64,000 nt of DNA, taken from Eledone cirrhosa (lineage: Eukaryota). The stretch covers positions 108,128,001 to 108,192,000 of the forward strand of contig OZ024740.1 of the NCBI GenBank assembly GCA_964016885.1. Direction: 5' to 3'. The translations under genes were made by a program, and so were the position numbers. Shown piece after piece: positions 12,618 through 25,617 of the stretch; the first letter of the stretch is position 1; every line of letters starts with the position of its first letter. The notes below the pieces were generated by a model that saw nothing but the letters and a program-made list of their open reading frames with translations, was not told the origin of the DNA and searched no databases.

Positions 12618-13788
12618 CTTGAATCCTTCCTCAATTTCAATGATGAATATTTAGTCATCTAATTCATTAACATGTATGTGGTTGAGTTTCACAGACACGT
12701 GGACCCTCAACATAATTCTCAACCTAAATTAGAGCCACAAAATATATAACAAAGCTGGAACTTTGATTACACGTACAATTTATCTGATGGGCTTCCACAC
12801 ACTTTCTGTCTACCTAATTTTAATCTCAAGTTATGGTAAAGACACTTTCCCAAAATGCCAACATGTGAATTAACGTGCAAGTGGCTGAATATTCCACAGA
12901 CACGTGTAACCTTCAACTAATTCCCAAGTCAAATCAGTGTCACACAATATGACAATGTTAGACCTTTTAATTAAAGGTGCAATCTATTTGATAGGTTTTC
13001 GTACAGTTTCCATCTACTTGAGGCTATGGTATAGATAACTGCCCAAGATTCCATGCTGTGAGATCAAACCCTTGACCTCATGATTGCAAAGCAAACTTCT
13101 AAACCACCCACCTATGCTTATGTTCCCCTGCAACTAAACACTCCTGTACATCTTGTTATTTCAAAAATCACATTTTTTAATCTGCAGTACATCTTTTAAG
13201 AACCCATTGCTTACACTGTCTAGTAAGTTCCTACCAACATGTTCCTACATATCAAGCAAGGTCACTTCCCAAGATGACAAAGCTGTTTTATGTTCAAACT
13301 AATTAGAACTTTGTGTACACACATACACACAGAAGGATAACCAATGTACAAACACAGACATAAATATAATCAGCATTCACATACACAGTCTAATGGCTCA
13401 ACGAATTTAATTAAAATCAAGTGTTACACATATTCCATAAGAAAGCAATCAATATTTTATTGGAAAGTTAAATGACTAAGTAGATATGTGATTGCTGCTG
13501 TCTAACCCTATGTCTGTGGTGTCATTGATCAGTGAGAATAAACATTCAATGGATGCCATCTCTCTATTGAAAGTCATAGTCAGTGTCTTTCATTAGAAAT
13601 ATGGTAACAAAAGAGTTGAAATAAGAGCAACTGGTAAACTAGAAACTCTTATGACAAGTAGCATCTGAACATGACAGTACCACAGCATGTCTATGTATAG
13701 TGACAAAAATCACTGAAGCATCTTTGTTTCAATGATAGAAACAGTCTCCCTACTGACATTTCTCATTGAAAAAAGGAGAGAATTTTAA

Positions 13789-14013
13789 CCCTTTCCTTAC
13801 TATATTTCTAATGAAAAACACTGCCTATGGTTTTCAAATAATCAAGAATTTTAAGGAATTTAGCCAAATGACTTTTTCATTATTAAGCTGCTTTTGGAAT
13901 ATAACTTACAAGTTCTTACATAAAATTATGATGGAAAGTTTTCAGATATATATAAACAATTTAAAATAAAGTTTTGTATCAGGTTGTTTCAGTGGGGTTT
14001 GGTATCAAAAGGG
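13789..14013. mobile_element. piggyBac-like MITE (abundant ~220-240 bp AT-rich family)
   Basis: TTAA-CCCTTT ... AAAAGGG ends. Same family near 8755, 10530, 10940, 25305, 34960, 37195, 38890, 41030, 41235, 42270, 42520, 43705, 44410-45200, 49735 and 50882. Confidence 0.75.
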
Positions 14014-14499
14014 TTCAATAGATAATTGTTATGGATTGAAAATAACAGTCAGTGTGTGTTTGTGTGTGCAGTTGGTCAGGTAAATAAATACATCAAGTGC
14101 TGCTTTCCTGAAAATACTAATCAATACAACAATCATGATAGTAAACAAACATGTATATGGCAGTGCTACATGTTAATAACTATATGTATATACCGAAACC
14201 ACATGTAAATATACCAGAGCTAAATTGAAAATAACCATGAATATACCAGAGGTACAAGTAAATATGTATGTATACTAGAGTCACATATAAATAACCATGT
14301 GTATATATGTGTGTGTGTATGTGTATATATATGTATATATAATGTCTATTTTTCCTTTCCATGCTTGCTTGCATGGGTTAGACATGTTGCCTACATCATG
14401 AGACAAGTCTGGCTGTGCCATACCTTGCTCAGCTGGAACTGTATTTTGGCTGAGAGTTTTACAGCTGGATGCCCTTCCTAACACCAACCACGTTTACAG

Positions 14500-14543
<44 letters not shown>

Positions 14544-14612
14544 GACCCAGTGATCTTGGTTGTCCATAAGGGAAGCAGAACTCGATAGTAATAATAGAGT
14601 AAATATATGTAT

Positions 14613-14742
14613 GTTTATTCATTTTCTTACAACATAGCTGTGATGTTTCAGCAAAGCAAACTGATAGTTCACCAAGCTTCTTCAAAGATGTACTTTTCAC
14701 TGTGCTAAAATATCATAGCTATATTGTAAGAAAATTAATAAA
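14613..14742. repeat. Foldback repeat, probable Penelope pLTR remnant with decayed hammerhead motif
   Basis: Arms TTATTCATTTTCTTACAACATAGCTGTGATGTTTCAGCA / TGCTAAAATATCATAGCTATATTGTAAGAAAATTAATAA; minus strand reads TTGAAGA-AGC...GCT-GAAAC. Confidence 0.5.
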
Positions 14743-15192
14743 TAAACTTTTATATATGCATGTCGTAAGAAGTGATTAAATGGGTTGGTGCAGGAAGGGC
14801 ATCTGGTTGTAAAATATTGTCTCAAAATATCCTTTCCAACCTATGCCACCATGGAAAAGTGGACATAAATTTGAGGATGATGATATAATAATGAAATTAT
14901 TGTGTAGTGCTCAGGTGCACTACAACTCATCAAAGGTGCATGCATAGTACATAGAATAATGTACAAATGTCAGGAAAGTAAACAATGTATGAGTCACGAT
15001 ATACATGTGTGCGTGTGTACGAAGGAAGAATATCATGTGAAGTGTTGGCAAATTTCAGGAAGCATGGAGGTTTTAAAGGAAGCAGTGTCCTGGCAGCTAA
15101 CAACTGATGCTGGTAGTTTGTTCCTTTCTTCAGTAACTCTGAATATAGATATATATATTCAGTAACTCAGTGATATAGATATACATATAACA

Positions 15193-18100
15193 AATTAAAG
15201 TTTAAGCAAAGAATTTCTACTTTCACCCTTAACGGGATCTTCTGAAACTAAAAGAAAGCAATCTGTGAACACAGAAGTAAATATTTCGAAAAACGTTGCA
15301 ACCAGACGAAAACAGGAAGACGATACTTTGGTTCGTGAAGACATTCCCTGGCAATGAATGGAAAAAGCGAAGGTAATACATCATTATGTGGAGCAATGAG
15401 AACAATTACACGCAAAGACAAAACCACGTTTATGGTATAAATGGAGTCATTAGACTAATATTCTATTTAGGAAACCGAATGATTCTTGGCTTCGGAGTTA
15501 AGAATAATGTAAATAAATTAGTTAAACGAAAATGACAAAGGTTATTAAATATATACATACACACATCTATATACGTACATACACATGCATACGCGAAAAC
15601 ACACGCCATGCAACATATACTTGCACAAACGCATAAACACAGGCACACGTATGTAAACCGGCGCGACACATATACCCGCACACATACGAATGTGCCTGTT
15701 AGTCGGTGATTAATTTCAATGACTATTTGGATAAAAAAATCTAATAGTACCCCATTCTACGCGAGTATGGGTGCCAGCAATTCAATGGAGGTTACAGATC
15801 TTATCGGCCTTTTCCTTCTTTTCTCTATCAAGAAAGAATTCCCTAATGTAGGCGGAGGCTTGTTCCGTGATGACGGTCTTTTGTCCATGACAAAGTGCGG
15901 TCCCCGCGCTTGCGACAGGTTTAGAAAAGAACTCACAGCTTTCTTTAAAGGCTTCAACCTCTCCATACAAGTTGAGGCCAACCTTTGAGTCGTAAACTAC
16001 CTCAACGTTACCCTCAACTTGTCGAATGGCTTACACTACCCGTATAGATAGCCGAATGACGCGCTTAATTACATCAGTAAGCATTCTAACCATCCTGCCA
16101 ACATAACCAAGAACCTGGTAAGAAACATTTCTTTGAGGCTTTCCCGTCTATCTCCAAACGAGCATATTTTCACCAACCATTCCACATATTACAATGAAGC
16201 TCTTGCTCAGAGTGGATTTGTCAATAAGGTAACATATACTAAGTATGAGCATAAACCTAGGAAAAATAGATCCCGATGCATTATATGGTATAACCCACCA
16301 TATAATATGGAGGTGGCCACACCATTAGCCAAAATATTTCTCTCCCTTATTAAGAAGCATTTCCCCTCAGCACATAGATATAACATTTTTAATAGAAATA
16401 CCGTTAAAATATCTTACTCCACGACTCCTAACTCTGCATAACATCTCTGCTTCAAATTTAGCTAAATTACCTAGCCGTAGTAATACGTGCAACCCTGTAG
16501 CTAGTACTAACTGTAATTGTAGGAATCGGGTTGACTGCCCTCTATCCGGGAAATGCCTCTCCAGTAACATTGTCTACAAATGTAAGGTCAACACACCCAC
16601 GTCTAGTAGGGCCTACATAGGGTTAACTGCCAATAGATTCAAGCAGCATCTTTACATGCACACCCATTCTTTTCTTAACCCTTTAAGAAGGAACATGACG
16701 TCACTTTCAGCTTTCTAAAAGACAACCACACGCAATATAGGTTACACTGGGAGATCCTAACTAAAGCTAGATCTTATAACGGAAATAAAAGACCATACGA
16801 CCTTTGAGCCGCTGAAGCCCTGGAAATACTCTACGCCAATGATCACATCTTAAACAAAAAATCAGAGGCAATTTCGGCTTCTGAACACAAATTGCATAAA
16901 ACTTTCCTGTATTACAGCCCCACATTATACCCTAACGGATAGTACGAACACTACGCAGATAATTTACGCCTTGATGTGGTAGCTAAGTATATTTTATGTT
17001 TATACCATTACTTATTTGTATAAGTAAGTATACCTTACCCATATGTTTGTGGAGGTACGTATACTTTCTTGTACGTATATATGCTTGTATTGTTATAGGT
17101 GTATATATTATATATACTGGTATGTGTTGATATGGTTATGTGTATTTGTGTATTTCATGTTTGTGCGTGTATATTTGTGTGTGTATGTGTGTATATATGT
17201 ATTTGTGTATATTTATGTGTATACTGTATATATACGTATATATGTGTGTGCGCCCGTGTGTGTGAATGTATGGGTATGCGTGTATGTACATGTATTATTT
17301 TTGTTTATTTGCGTGTGTGGATTTATATAGATATTTATATATATATATGTGGGTGTTTATGTATATGTATGTATGCGTGTACGTATGTATATATATATAT
17401 ATATGAATATATGTATATGTATATGTATATATGTGTGTATATGTGTATGAATATGTATGTGTGTGTGTATATATATATATATGGATTATCGTTGGGTGTG
17501 TGTAAGAGTTGCTGTATGTTTGTATATGTGGGTGAATCTATATGTATATATATGTGTTTATGTATATGTATGTTGGTATTAATTTTTTTTATACACACAT
17601 ATGTATGTATGTGTGTATATATGTATATATGAGTGTGTATGTATGTTTGCACGTATGTATGGTGTGTATATGTACGTTTGGTGTACATATGTGTATCTAC
17701 CTGTAGGTATGCGTTTGTGTGCGTTATATATGCATTTATGCGTGTATATTTATATTTGTATATATAATTATATGTACACACACACACACATATTATATGT
17801 GTACTTGGCGTATACATTCGTATGTGTGCGGGTATATGTGTCACGCTGGTTTATGTGATTGTGCAAGTATATGTTGCATGGCATGTGTTTTCGCGTATGC
17901 ACGTGTATGTACGTATATAGATGTGTGTATGTATATATTTAATAACCTTTGTCATTTTCACATTATTCTTAACTCCGAGGCCGAGAATCATTCGGTTTCC
18001 TAAATAGAATATTAGTCTAATGACTCCATTTATACCATAAACGTGGTTTTGTCTTTGCGTGTAATTGTTCTCATTGCTCCACATAACGACGTATTATCTT

Positions 18101-18290
18101 CGCTTTTTTCCGTTCATTGCCAGGGAACGTCTTCACGAACCAAAGTATCGTTTTTCGAAATATCTACTTCTGTGTTCACAGATTGATTTTTTTTAGTTTC
18201 AGAAGATCCCGTTAAGGGTGAAAACAGCGATTTTTTGCTTAAACTTTAATGTTATTTTAATAAATATTTGCTCTAGGGTTCTTATATATT
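15193..18290 (+). mobile_element. Penelope-like element (Naiad-type), 5'-truncated and decayed, with inverted pLTR
   Basis: RT motifs MGASNSMEVTDLIGLFLL and GLFRDDGL (15719-15988), WYNPPY linker, CNCRNRVDCPLSGKC (CxCx5C), GIY-YIG IVYKC...YIG ending ~16942. Several stops and frameshifts. 15193-15693 is an inverted copy of 17814-18250. Confidence 0.92.
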
Positions 18291-19181
18291 TGATATATAT
18301 TTATCCTTATCGAGCCCTCTTTGGATTTTAGTTTTCACATTTATTATTATTACTATAGTAATTAGTTTTCACATTTATTATTATTACTTCTAGCTCTCGT
18401 ATATATATATATACCAGAGCTACAAGTAAGTGAACGTGTATATGTGAGGAAGACCGAAGAAAACATTGGATGACATGAAAGCAGACCACACAAAGTTGGA
18501 ACTCACAGAAGGCATGATACAAGATGAGTCAACTGGTGATTTGCCATACTATAAAAGATTTGCTCTCTCTCTCATGCAAGCAGGATTAACCATGCATAGA
18601 AGGGATCATATGTAAAGACTGAGTTATATGGACATTTAGGTGCCCTACCAATATGCTCTCTTCCTCGTCTCCTCACCACCATCACATCTTGCTAACTAAA
18701 TGCGAATGTTGCCCACACATATAGAGGAGTATCAAGTATGTACTCACCAATTTTATGGATCTACTTCTCCCACCTTTCCCCTAGTTCCTCCCTCACAATA
18801 TCCCAACATTGAACTGTCAATCACTCTGTCTCTCAAAGGCCCGCCTCCATTACCTAGCACCTGCTCTCACACTCTCTCTTTCCTTTCCACTCTGTAGGTC
18901 CCACAATAAAATATACCCAACCCACTCTGTATAGAGGTAATGCAGGTTCCACAATAAATGCACTCAGTGCACTCTGAATAGTGGCACTGCAGGTATCATA
19001 ATACAATGCATCCAGTACATGCAAACCGGTTGATAAGAAGGGTATCCAATCATAGAAACTTCATAAAACTGGAATGTATGAAGTCATCTATCTTGCCTAA
19101 TCTCAGAACAAGACAACCCATCTAACACATGCCAGCATGGAAAATGGGCATAAAACAGCGATGATGATGATGATGTATGTG

Positions 19182-19239
<58 letters not shown>

Positions 19240-19484
19240 GTTCTACGGGACTAGAAATGTTTCATTTATATGAAATTACCAGAAATGCTTATACGCTACC
19301 AACGTATTGAGTACCTTTTTTAACTGTCGTCACCTCCTGATACCCGCCTGGAATCCACCTATTATATATATAATTATATGTCGATATACGACGGGAGAGG
19401 CCATCACATCATAAATATATATATATACTCTCACCATGGCTACATGTAAATAACAAGGTATCTATAACAGATAAATGATGCAAA

Positions 19485-19538
<54 letters not shown>

Positions 19539-19541
<3 letters not shown>

Positions 19542-19617
19542 GGTGTCATAAAAAAATGTATACACACTTCAACAGCATTGTAATCAAAGTGTGTATACAT
19601 TTTGGGGAGACACCCTG
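19539..19617. mobile_element. 79-bp Tc1/mariner-type MITE
   Basis: TA-CAGGGTGTC...AAAATGTATACACACTT / AAGTGTGTATACATTTT...GACACCCTG-TA; nearly a complete hairpin inside (TA)n. Confidence 0.85.
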
Positions 19618-20204
19618 TATATATATACATACACACCCGAGCCACATGGAGAAAACCATGTTGGCTAAAACAGAGAAATGAACACTATGATGACTTAATG
19701 TCAATAGTTTCTTTATATGAGCAAACCTCAAACATGGGATAGTATGAGACAATTTCAACTACTTGACTGGTATTTAAGTAACTGGCCCAAGATGAAAGAA
19801 AGATAAGGTCGACTTCCTTAAATCGTAAAGGAACCTTAACTAAACACGACACTATCTTATATCACTCTGCCACCACCTTCTTCAGCGAATAGGGTAAAAC
19901 AAAATTAAAGGTAAGCTCCCAAAGAGCACACTGTTCGATACGGGTTCAATTCTAAATTGAAATTATTTTTACTTCGCTTACTTAACCAAGATCACTGGGA
20001 AAAGGATGAACGTCACAAAATTCACACCAACCATATGACTCCTTCCTTGTTCCTGTCAAAGAAACCAAGATGACTAGGGAGTGGGAGGGGGGGTAGATTT
20101 ATGACACATAACACTAATTTCTGAAAGGGATAGTATGATAATGGATCGGATCTTGTATTTCATTGAGAGTGATTTTTTCTAAACCACCACCACCACCACC
20201 CCGC

Positions 20205-20470
20205 CCAGAAAGGCAAAGTTGACCCTAACGAGATTTAAATTCAGATTCGTGAAATATCAAACTGGAGCCAACATGAAAACCTCACTCTAAATGGTCACTC
20301 CACCTGCTAAAATTAGCAACTAACTCTCCCTCAAATCACACCCGATTGCATTAAGAAGAAAAGAACACATTAGACAGTATAGTCTCAGATATTCCTAAAA
20401 GACGGGATGGTAACGGAAGGAATGGTTTCGATCATAAATCCGTCCGATCAGGGTTGACCAGTAGCTAAAA
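20205..20470 (-). mobile_element. Degenerate SINE fragment
   Basis: GAAAGGCAAAGTTGACC core and CACCTGCTAAAATTAGC...ATCAGGGTTGACC segments recur at ~9360, 10390, 19800 and 40900. Confidence 0.55.
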
Positions 20471-21770
20471 CAATATTAAATTCAATACACCAAAGCTCCA
20501 TCGCGCTTTCATTTTCCTTAATTCAACCAATTATAATTACTGATAATAAATAGTTCTCACATAAATAAGCATGAATTTTACGGGAGAAATACTTGATGTA
20601 TATTAATCCATGCAGATTCAAGCATCATAAAAACAACAGTAATAATAATGATAATAATATGAATTTGAATATTATTCGATAGAATAGAATGCCCCAGTGA
20701 CGGCTGAGGTAAGGAATTTCGGATTCTATTTATATATTAAAAAATACTGATCATCAAGAATATGGAAGTTAATAATTGTTTGTTTTGAGCACAATAAAAA
20801 AAATTAACAATTTGGAAAACAAGATAATACGAGAAAATGATTTGTCAAAACAAAACAAAAAAAATTAAGAGATATAAAAAAAATAGTAATAAAATCATAA
20901 ATATTTCGTTTGTGAGGCGAGGGAAGATGAAGATTTTTATCAGATAATAATGATGTTTGCATCATCCCAGAGGGGAAACTGTCTACGCTTAACATCACAT
21001 CTCTGTGATTTTCAAGTCAAAGAGCACAACAATGTAACCAGTATTGACAATATTCATCCTGTTTTCAGACCTTTTACTTTATATATTAACCATTAGTCAT
21101 TTCTACTCTCTCTCTCACCCTCTTTAATCTTTCTCTCTCTCTCTCTCTCCGCCGCCTCCTTCCTGCTGTTTCTCGGTTGTATGCTGGCTGTCTTTCGTTT
21201 TGGAAACCGGCATTCCAGCAATGCGGGTCATTTCAGGACAGAGATAGAGAGTGGATAGTTATATAGAGATAGATAGATGGATAGTGAGAGAGTGGGAGAT
21301 AGAGACAGACAGAAAGAAGGGGATAGAGAAAGACGACAAATCGAAAGAGAGAGAGATATGAAGGATAAACAGAGATAGAAATAAGATAGATATGGTAAAG
21401 ACTAGATGTATATAGATACAGAGCGAGAGGGGGTGGGGCAGAAAGAAAAGCTCAAAAGAGGGAGAGAGGGAAGATAGGTAGAGACAGACAGAAAGAAAAG
21501 CTTGAAAGAGAGCGAGCGTAAAATAAACGTATAAATTGATGTTTGCTTGATTTCGATGTGTAATTGCAGAGGGAAGTGCAAAATAATAAACAGCAATGAT
21601 CCTGGTAACAATCGAAGCCAAGGGGGAAAGAAAAATTAATAAGCAAAATCCACACCACATGCTTGTTTGTTTGTTTGTCGAGGTTGAATGATTCAAATGA
21701 GGCTGGGGAAGAGAAGGAAGAGCCAAGCTGGTTATACTAAATCATATATAATCACAAACACATTGTGCGC

Positions 21771-21831
<61 letters not shown>

Positions 21832-22273
21832 TGTATATATGTGTGTAAGGTAGCATATGACAGAAGCGCGCGTACAGACATTTATATACATACACACGCT
21901 TCCAGTGCTACGAAGATTAGAGATGAATCACTCGACGGACACACGCACACAGTGGGATGGCGGAAGAGGGGAGGGCAATTAATTACAAGGTGGTTATCAA
22001 GTGGGGGTCTGTTTTAGAATCAGAACACACACTAAACAGATCATCCATTTTATAACCACTAACATAACATTCCGACCACACATTGACCACTCTCTCCACT
22101 ACCAAAGCTTGCTTACCTTACAGACAATAATAATAATAATACTAATATGGTTGATAATAACGAGGTAGAGGTCGGATGATAGTTAGGAGGAAAAGGAAAA
22201 GGGAAAAACCTGTCAAAACTAACAAATGTGTTCAAAGTTTACTTAATTCTACCACATGGTGGCCGCATCTTAC

Positions 22274-22690
22274 CTCAATAGATGAATTCTTTGGGGAATA
22301 AGGCAAGCCGTATTCTGGTACAGCGAGTGGACATCCAACTAACATTCACGGTGACCACCGAAAAAGTGTACCTGTTAATGCCATTCGATTATCCGACCGC
22401 AATCCCTCGGCAATTTCCGTAGCCGCCGGCAGCAGCCACGGCCGCGGCTCCGGCAGGGGTGCAACGGGGTGTAAGTTGATAGGCGGGAGAAAGAGGAAGC
22501 ATAAGGAAAAGAGTAAGGAGTAGGAGGAGAGAAAGGCAAAGAGAGCGAGAGGGGAGGAGGCGGTTCTTATGAAAGAAATAACCACCATCGCCGCCAACGA
22601 CCACCTCACTGTCTGCTAATGAATGAATAGTTTCTAGCTTCGCACTTTTGCGTTTCTTCTATATTGCCGGACAGTAGCAGGCAGTTGAGA
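22274..22690 (-). promoter_or_regulatory. CpG-rich promoter and putative non-coding first exon of the zinc-finger gene
   Basis: Main GC/CpG-rich non-TE patch in the window (GCCGCCGGC, GGCCGCGGC). Strong minus-strand donor GAG|GTAAGA at 22274/22273 and a second AAG|GTAAGC near 22116. Implies an intron of about 16 kb to the acceptor at 6304. Confidence 0.55.
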
Positions 22691-23157
22691 AAGTGGCTGT
22701 ATATATAAATACATACACACACATACAAATAATAATATTAATAATAGCTTTCAACACACATTATAAACCACTTAAGTTTGTTGTTATTTTTGCTTTCACT
22801 TGAAATTTATTGAATTATTTCACACAAAGAATGAAATTTATATAAGAGAAATGAAGTTATGTGACGTTCATGCCTTCTTCATATGCAGATAGGCGAGCGA
22901 GATGGCAAGGGATTTAGCTGGAATACTTAATGTTTTAGAATTATAATCTGCTTCGGGCGTTTCGTTGTTATTGTTAAGGGGAGACTTAATTTGAAATCCC
23001 TCAATTCATTTAGCAGCCTGCAACCACATATGTAATCCTGCGTATGTCCTTCCTACATATTTTTCACATTATCATATGTGTGTGTGTGTGTGTACAAGAA
23101 AGAAAAACAACACAGGAGGACAATATATATATATATATATATTGTCCTCCTCATAAT

Positions 23158-23265
23158 ATAATATAATCATAGATAATCCTAAAGAGACAGGATGGTCAAG
23201 ACTAGAATGCTTTTGATATTAGGTTTGCTCGGTAAGGACTGACATGGGACCAAACTACAATTGTG

Positions 23266-23324
<59 letters not shown>

Positions 23325-23529
23325 ACAAGAAAGAAAAACAACACAAGAGGTTGTGTTGTTTTTCTTTCTTGTACACACATACATATATATATATATGTAT
23401 ATATACACATACACACACACACACAATTGTAGTTTGGTCCCATGTCAGTCCTTACCGAGCAAACCTAATATCAAAAGCATTCCGGTCTTGACCATCCTGT
23501 CTCTTTAGGATTATCTATGATTATATTAT
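23158..23529. repeat. ~370-bp near-perfect palindrome (foldback inversion)
   Basis: Arms 23158-23346 and 23351-23529, 4-nt loop GAGG; differences limited to 2 substitutions and microsatellite variation. Confidence 0.95.
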
Positions 23530-25304
23530 GGAATGCTTCCTTCCTTATTTGAAAAAAGAAAACAAATTTTTAGGAAGAGGTGTAATATCTCCCAGTTTCT
23601 TAAGGATCAATTTAGTTGATAAATATACAATAAAAAGCTGTGTGCGAGTTCTTGCCTCAAAAATTTCTGTTCAACCCATGCCAACGTGGGAAAAGGACGA
23701 AAAAACGATGGTGATGAGGATGATACAATGTGTATCTCAGACACAGTATCCTTGTGTGTTACAGGCGACTAAAAGGGTTCACACCATTACGTCCCGTCCA
23801 ACCCATGCTAGCATCGAAAAGCAGACCTACAATATCAATCGATCATGTTCCTGTAACTTATCCAGCCAGTCGCCGATGTGCCACTCTAGATGCTTTCATA
23901 GTCAATATGTTTACGTGCAATGTACACGTCTTGTTAAGTTGTGCTCATGTCGCAGCTACTCCAGTAGCCGTTTGAGAACGCCAAACACAAGCGCTTCAGG
24001 ATTTTTGTCCATCTTCAGTAACATTTACTCACTGGGTGCTGAAGCAAAATAAGCTAAAGTTTATATAGATTTTGCAGATGATATATTTAAGGTAATGCTC
24101 ATTTGCATATAATGTAGGCTTGAAGGGTGTGATTCGGCATATATGAAAACATAAACAATATTTGTTTGTATAATAAACATACATAAGTCTTGCTGGGGGT
24201 ATTTTAAGCTGTGATCATGTCACATCTACCTTAGTAGCTGATCATGTCACATCTACCTTAGTAGCCCTTCCTAACTTCAACTACTTTGCAGAGTTTAATA
24301 AGTTTATTTTATCATAACACCAGTACAACGGAAATTGTTATATCCACAACAATATCAAAAGGTTCCTCTCAACCCCTATTTGACTCCACTTGTTTACCAA
24401 ACCCATTTACAGAGTATAATGGGTGCATTTTTATCATGTCACCAGCACTAGAGTGGTTGTTACATCTTCAGTAAGACACTACACTATCACTTGGTCACCA
24501 ACCCCTTTACAAAGTTTACTGATTACATTTTTTCATGGCACCTGCACAAGTGATGTTGTCTTGTATCTTGCAAGATAAACAGTAGTTACTACTCTATGTT
24601 GTCTGTGTTCGTTCAAGGAAACATAACAAAGAAAGTAAATAGAAAAGTGAGCAATACTGAAGAACTAAAGAGAATGGAAGTATAAAAAAGGACATTGAAT
24701 GATTGGGGTGAGAGGGTAGAAGGGGTATAATGGATATGAGATAGTAATGGCAGATACTAGATATCTGCTGCTGTGAGAGAGAGCAATTGATGAACAGTAA
24801 TATCAATGGCTGGCAGCACAAAAAGAGTGATGTTTAGCTGTATCTGGTACAAATAGATCCAATACAATCCCTCACAGATAGATGGTATGGTGAGAGGGAC
24901 AAGTAGAGGGTTAAGATATATGCCCATTTTTTTTCTTTTCTTTTTTTTGTCTTATTTTTAATTGTATTTCATGAATTCCAATTTTACAAATTTGTTTTAT
25001 GTCTTCAGTAATGTAACAATACATGTTAGAGTTATAGAGCTAGAATTATAGATCTCTGAGCTAAGATCTGTTATCTAAGTTCTCAAATGAATCATTTATG
25101 GATCAAATCTAGAGAGTGATATCAGCTAATTAATAATTACTCATTGAGAGAAAATGTTTTTTTTAGCTTAAAATGGATTATTCTTGAAATTAAACCGAAT
25201 TACTGTATAATTAGTTGAATTAGAACCTAATGTAAGGCTTCTAAGAAGTTATAGGTTCATCTTGCATTAAAAATAGGATTATAAATCTCCCCCTCTTCTA
25301 TTAA

Positions 25305-25524
25305 CCCTTTTGATATCAAACCATCTGAAACCACCCCTGCTTCTATGATACAAAACCGTTTTTTAAAGTGTTATATTTATCTAGAAACCTTCCATCATAG
25401 TTTTAAGCTATGCACCAAACACCAGCTGAAATAATGAGAGTTTATTTTACTAAATCTCTCCAAATTCTTGATTATTTTCAAATCATAGAGACAGTCTTCC
25501 ATTAGAAACATGGTAACAAAAGGG
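25305..25524. mobile_element. piggyBac-like MITE copy
   Basis: TTAA-CCCTTTTGATATC ... GTAACAAAAGGG. Confidence 0.75.
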
Positions 25525-25617
25525 TATTTCCAGATCTTTAGAATCATTAGTCATACTCAATTATTTTTTTTTTTTTTTATTGGAATAAATAAATAAAAAA
25601 TCTAATTCAATCTGATC

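Noticed and set aside
17043-18003. Many Y/I/C/V/H/T-rich ORFs (also near 2573, 14180, 21688, 23179-23508, 55162-56306, 57552, 63708)
   Set aside because: Translations of (TA)n, (TG)n and (CA)n microsatellites; no coding signal.
18190-18240. Hammerhead-like CAGAAGA-TCCC...GGGT-GAAA in the first Penelope pLTR (mirror at ~15210-15250)
   Set aside because: Core U4 is altered and stems I and III cannot be formed convincingly; at most a relic.
22346-22609. 87-aa hydrophobic ORF resembling a signal peptide
   Set aside because: Hydrophobicity comes from a CT-rich leader; more likely 5'UTR or uORF than a gene.
23528-24052. 174-aa ORF
   Set aside because: Runs through SINE tail fragments; no recognisable domain.
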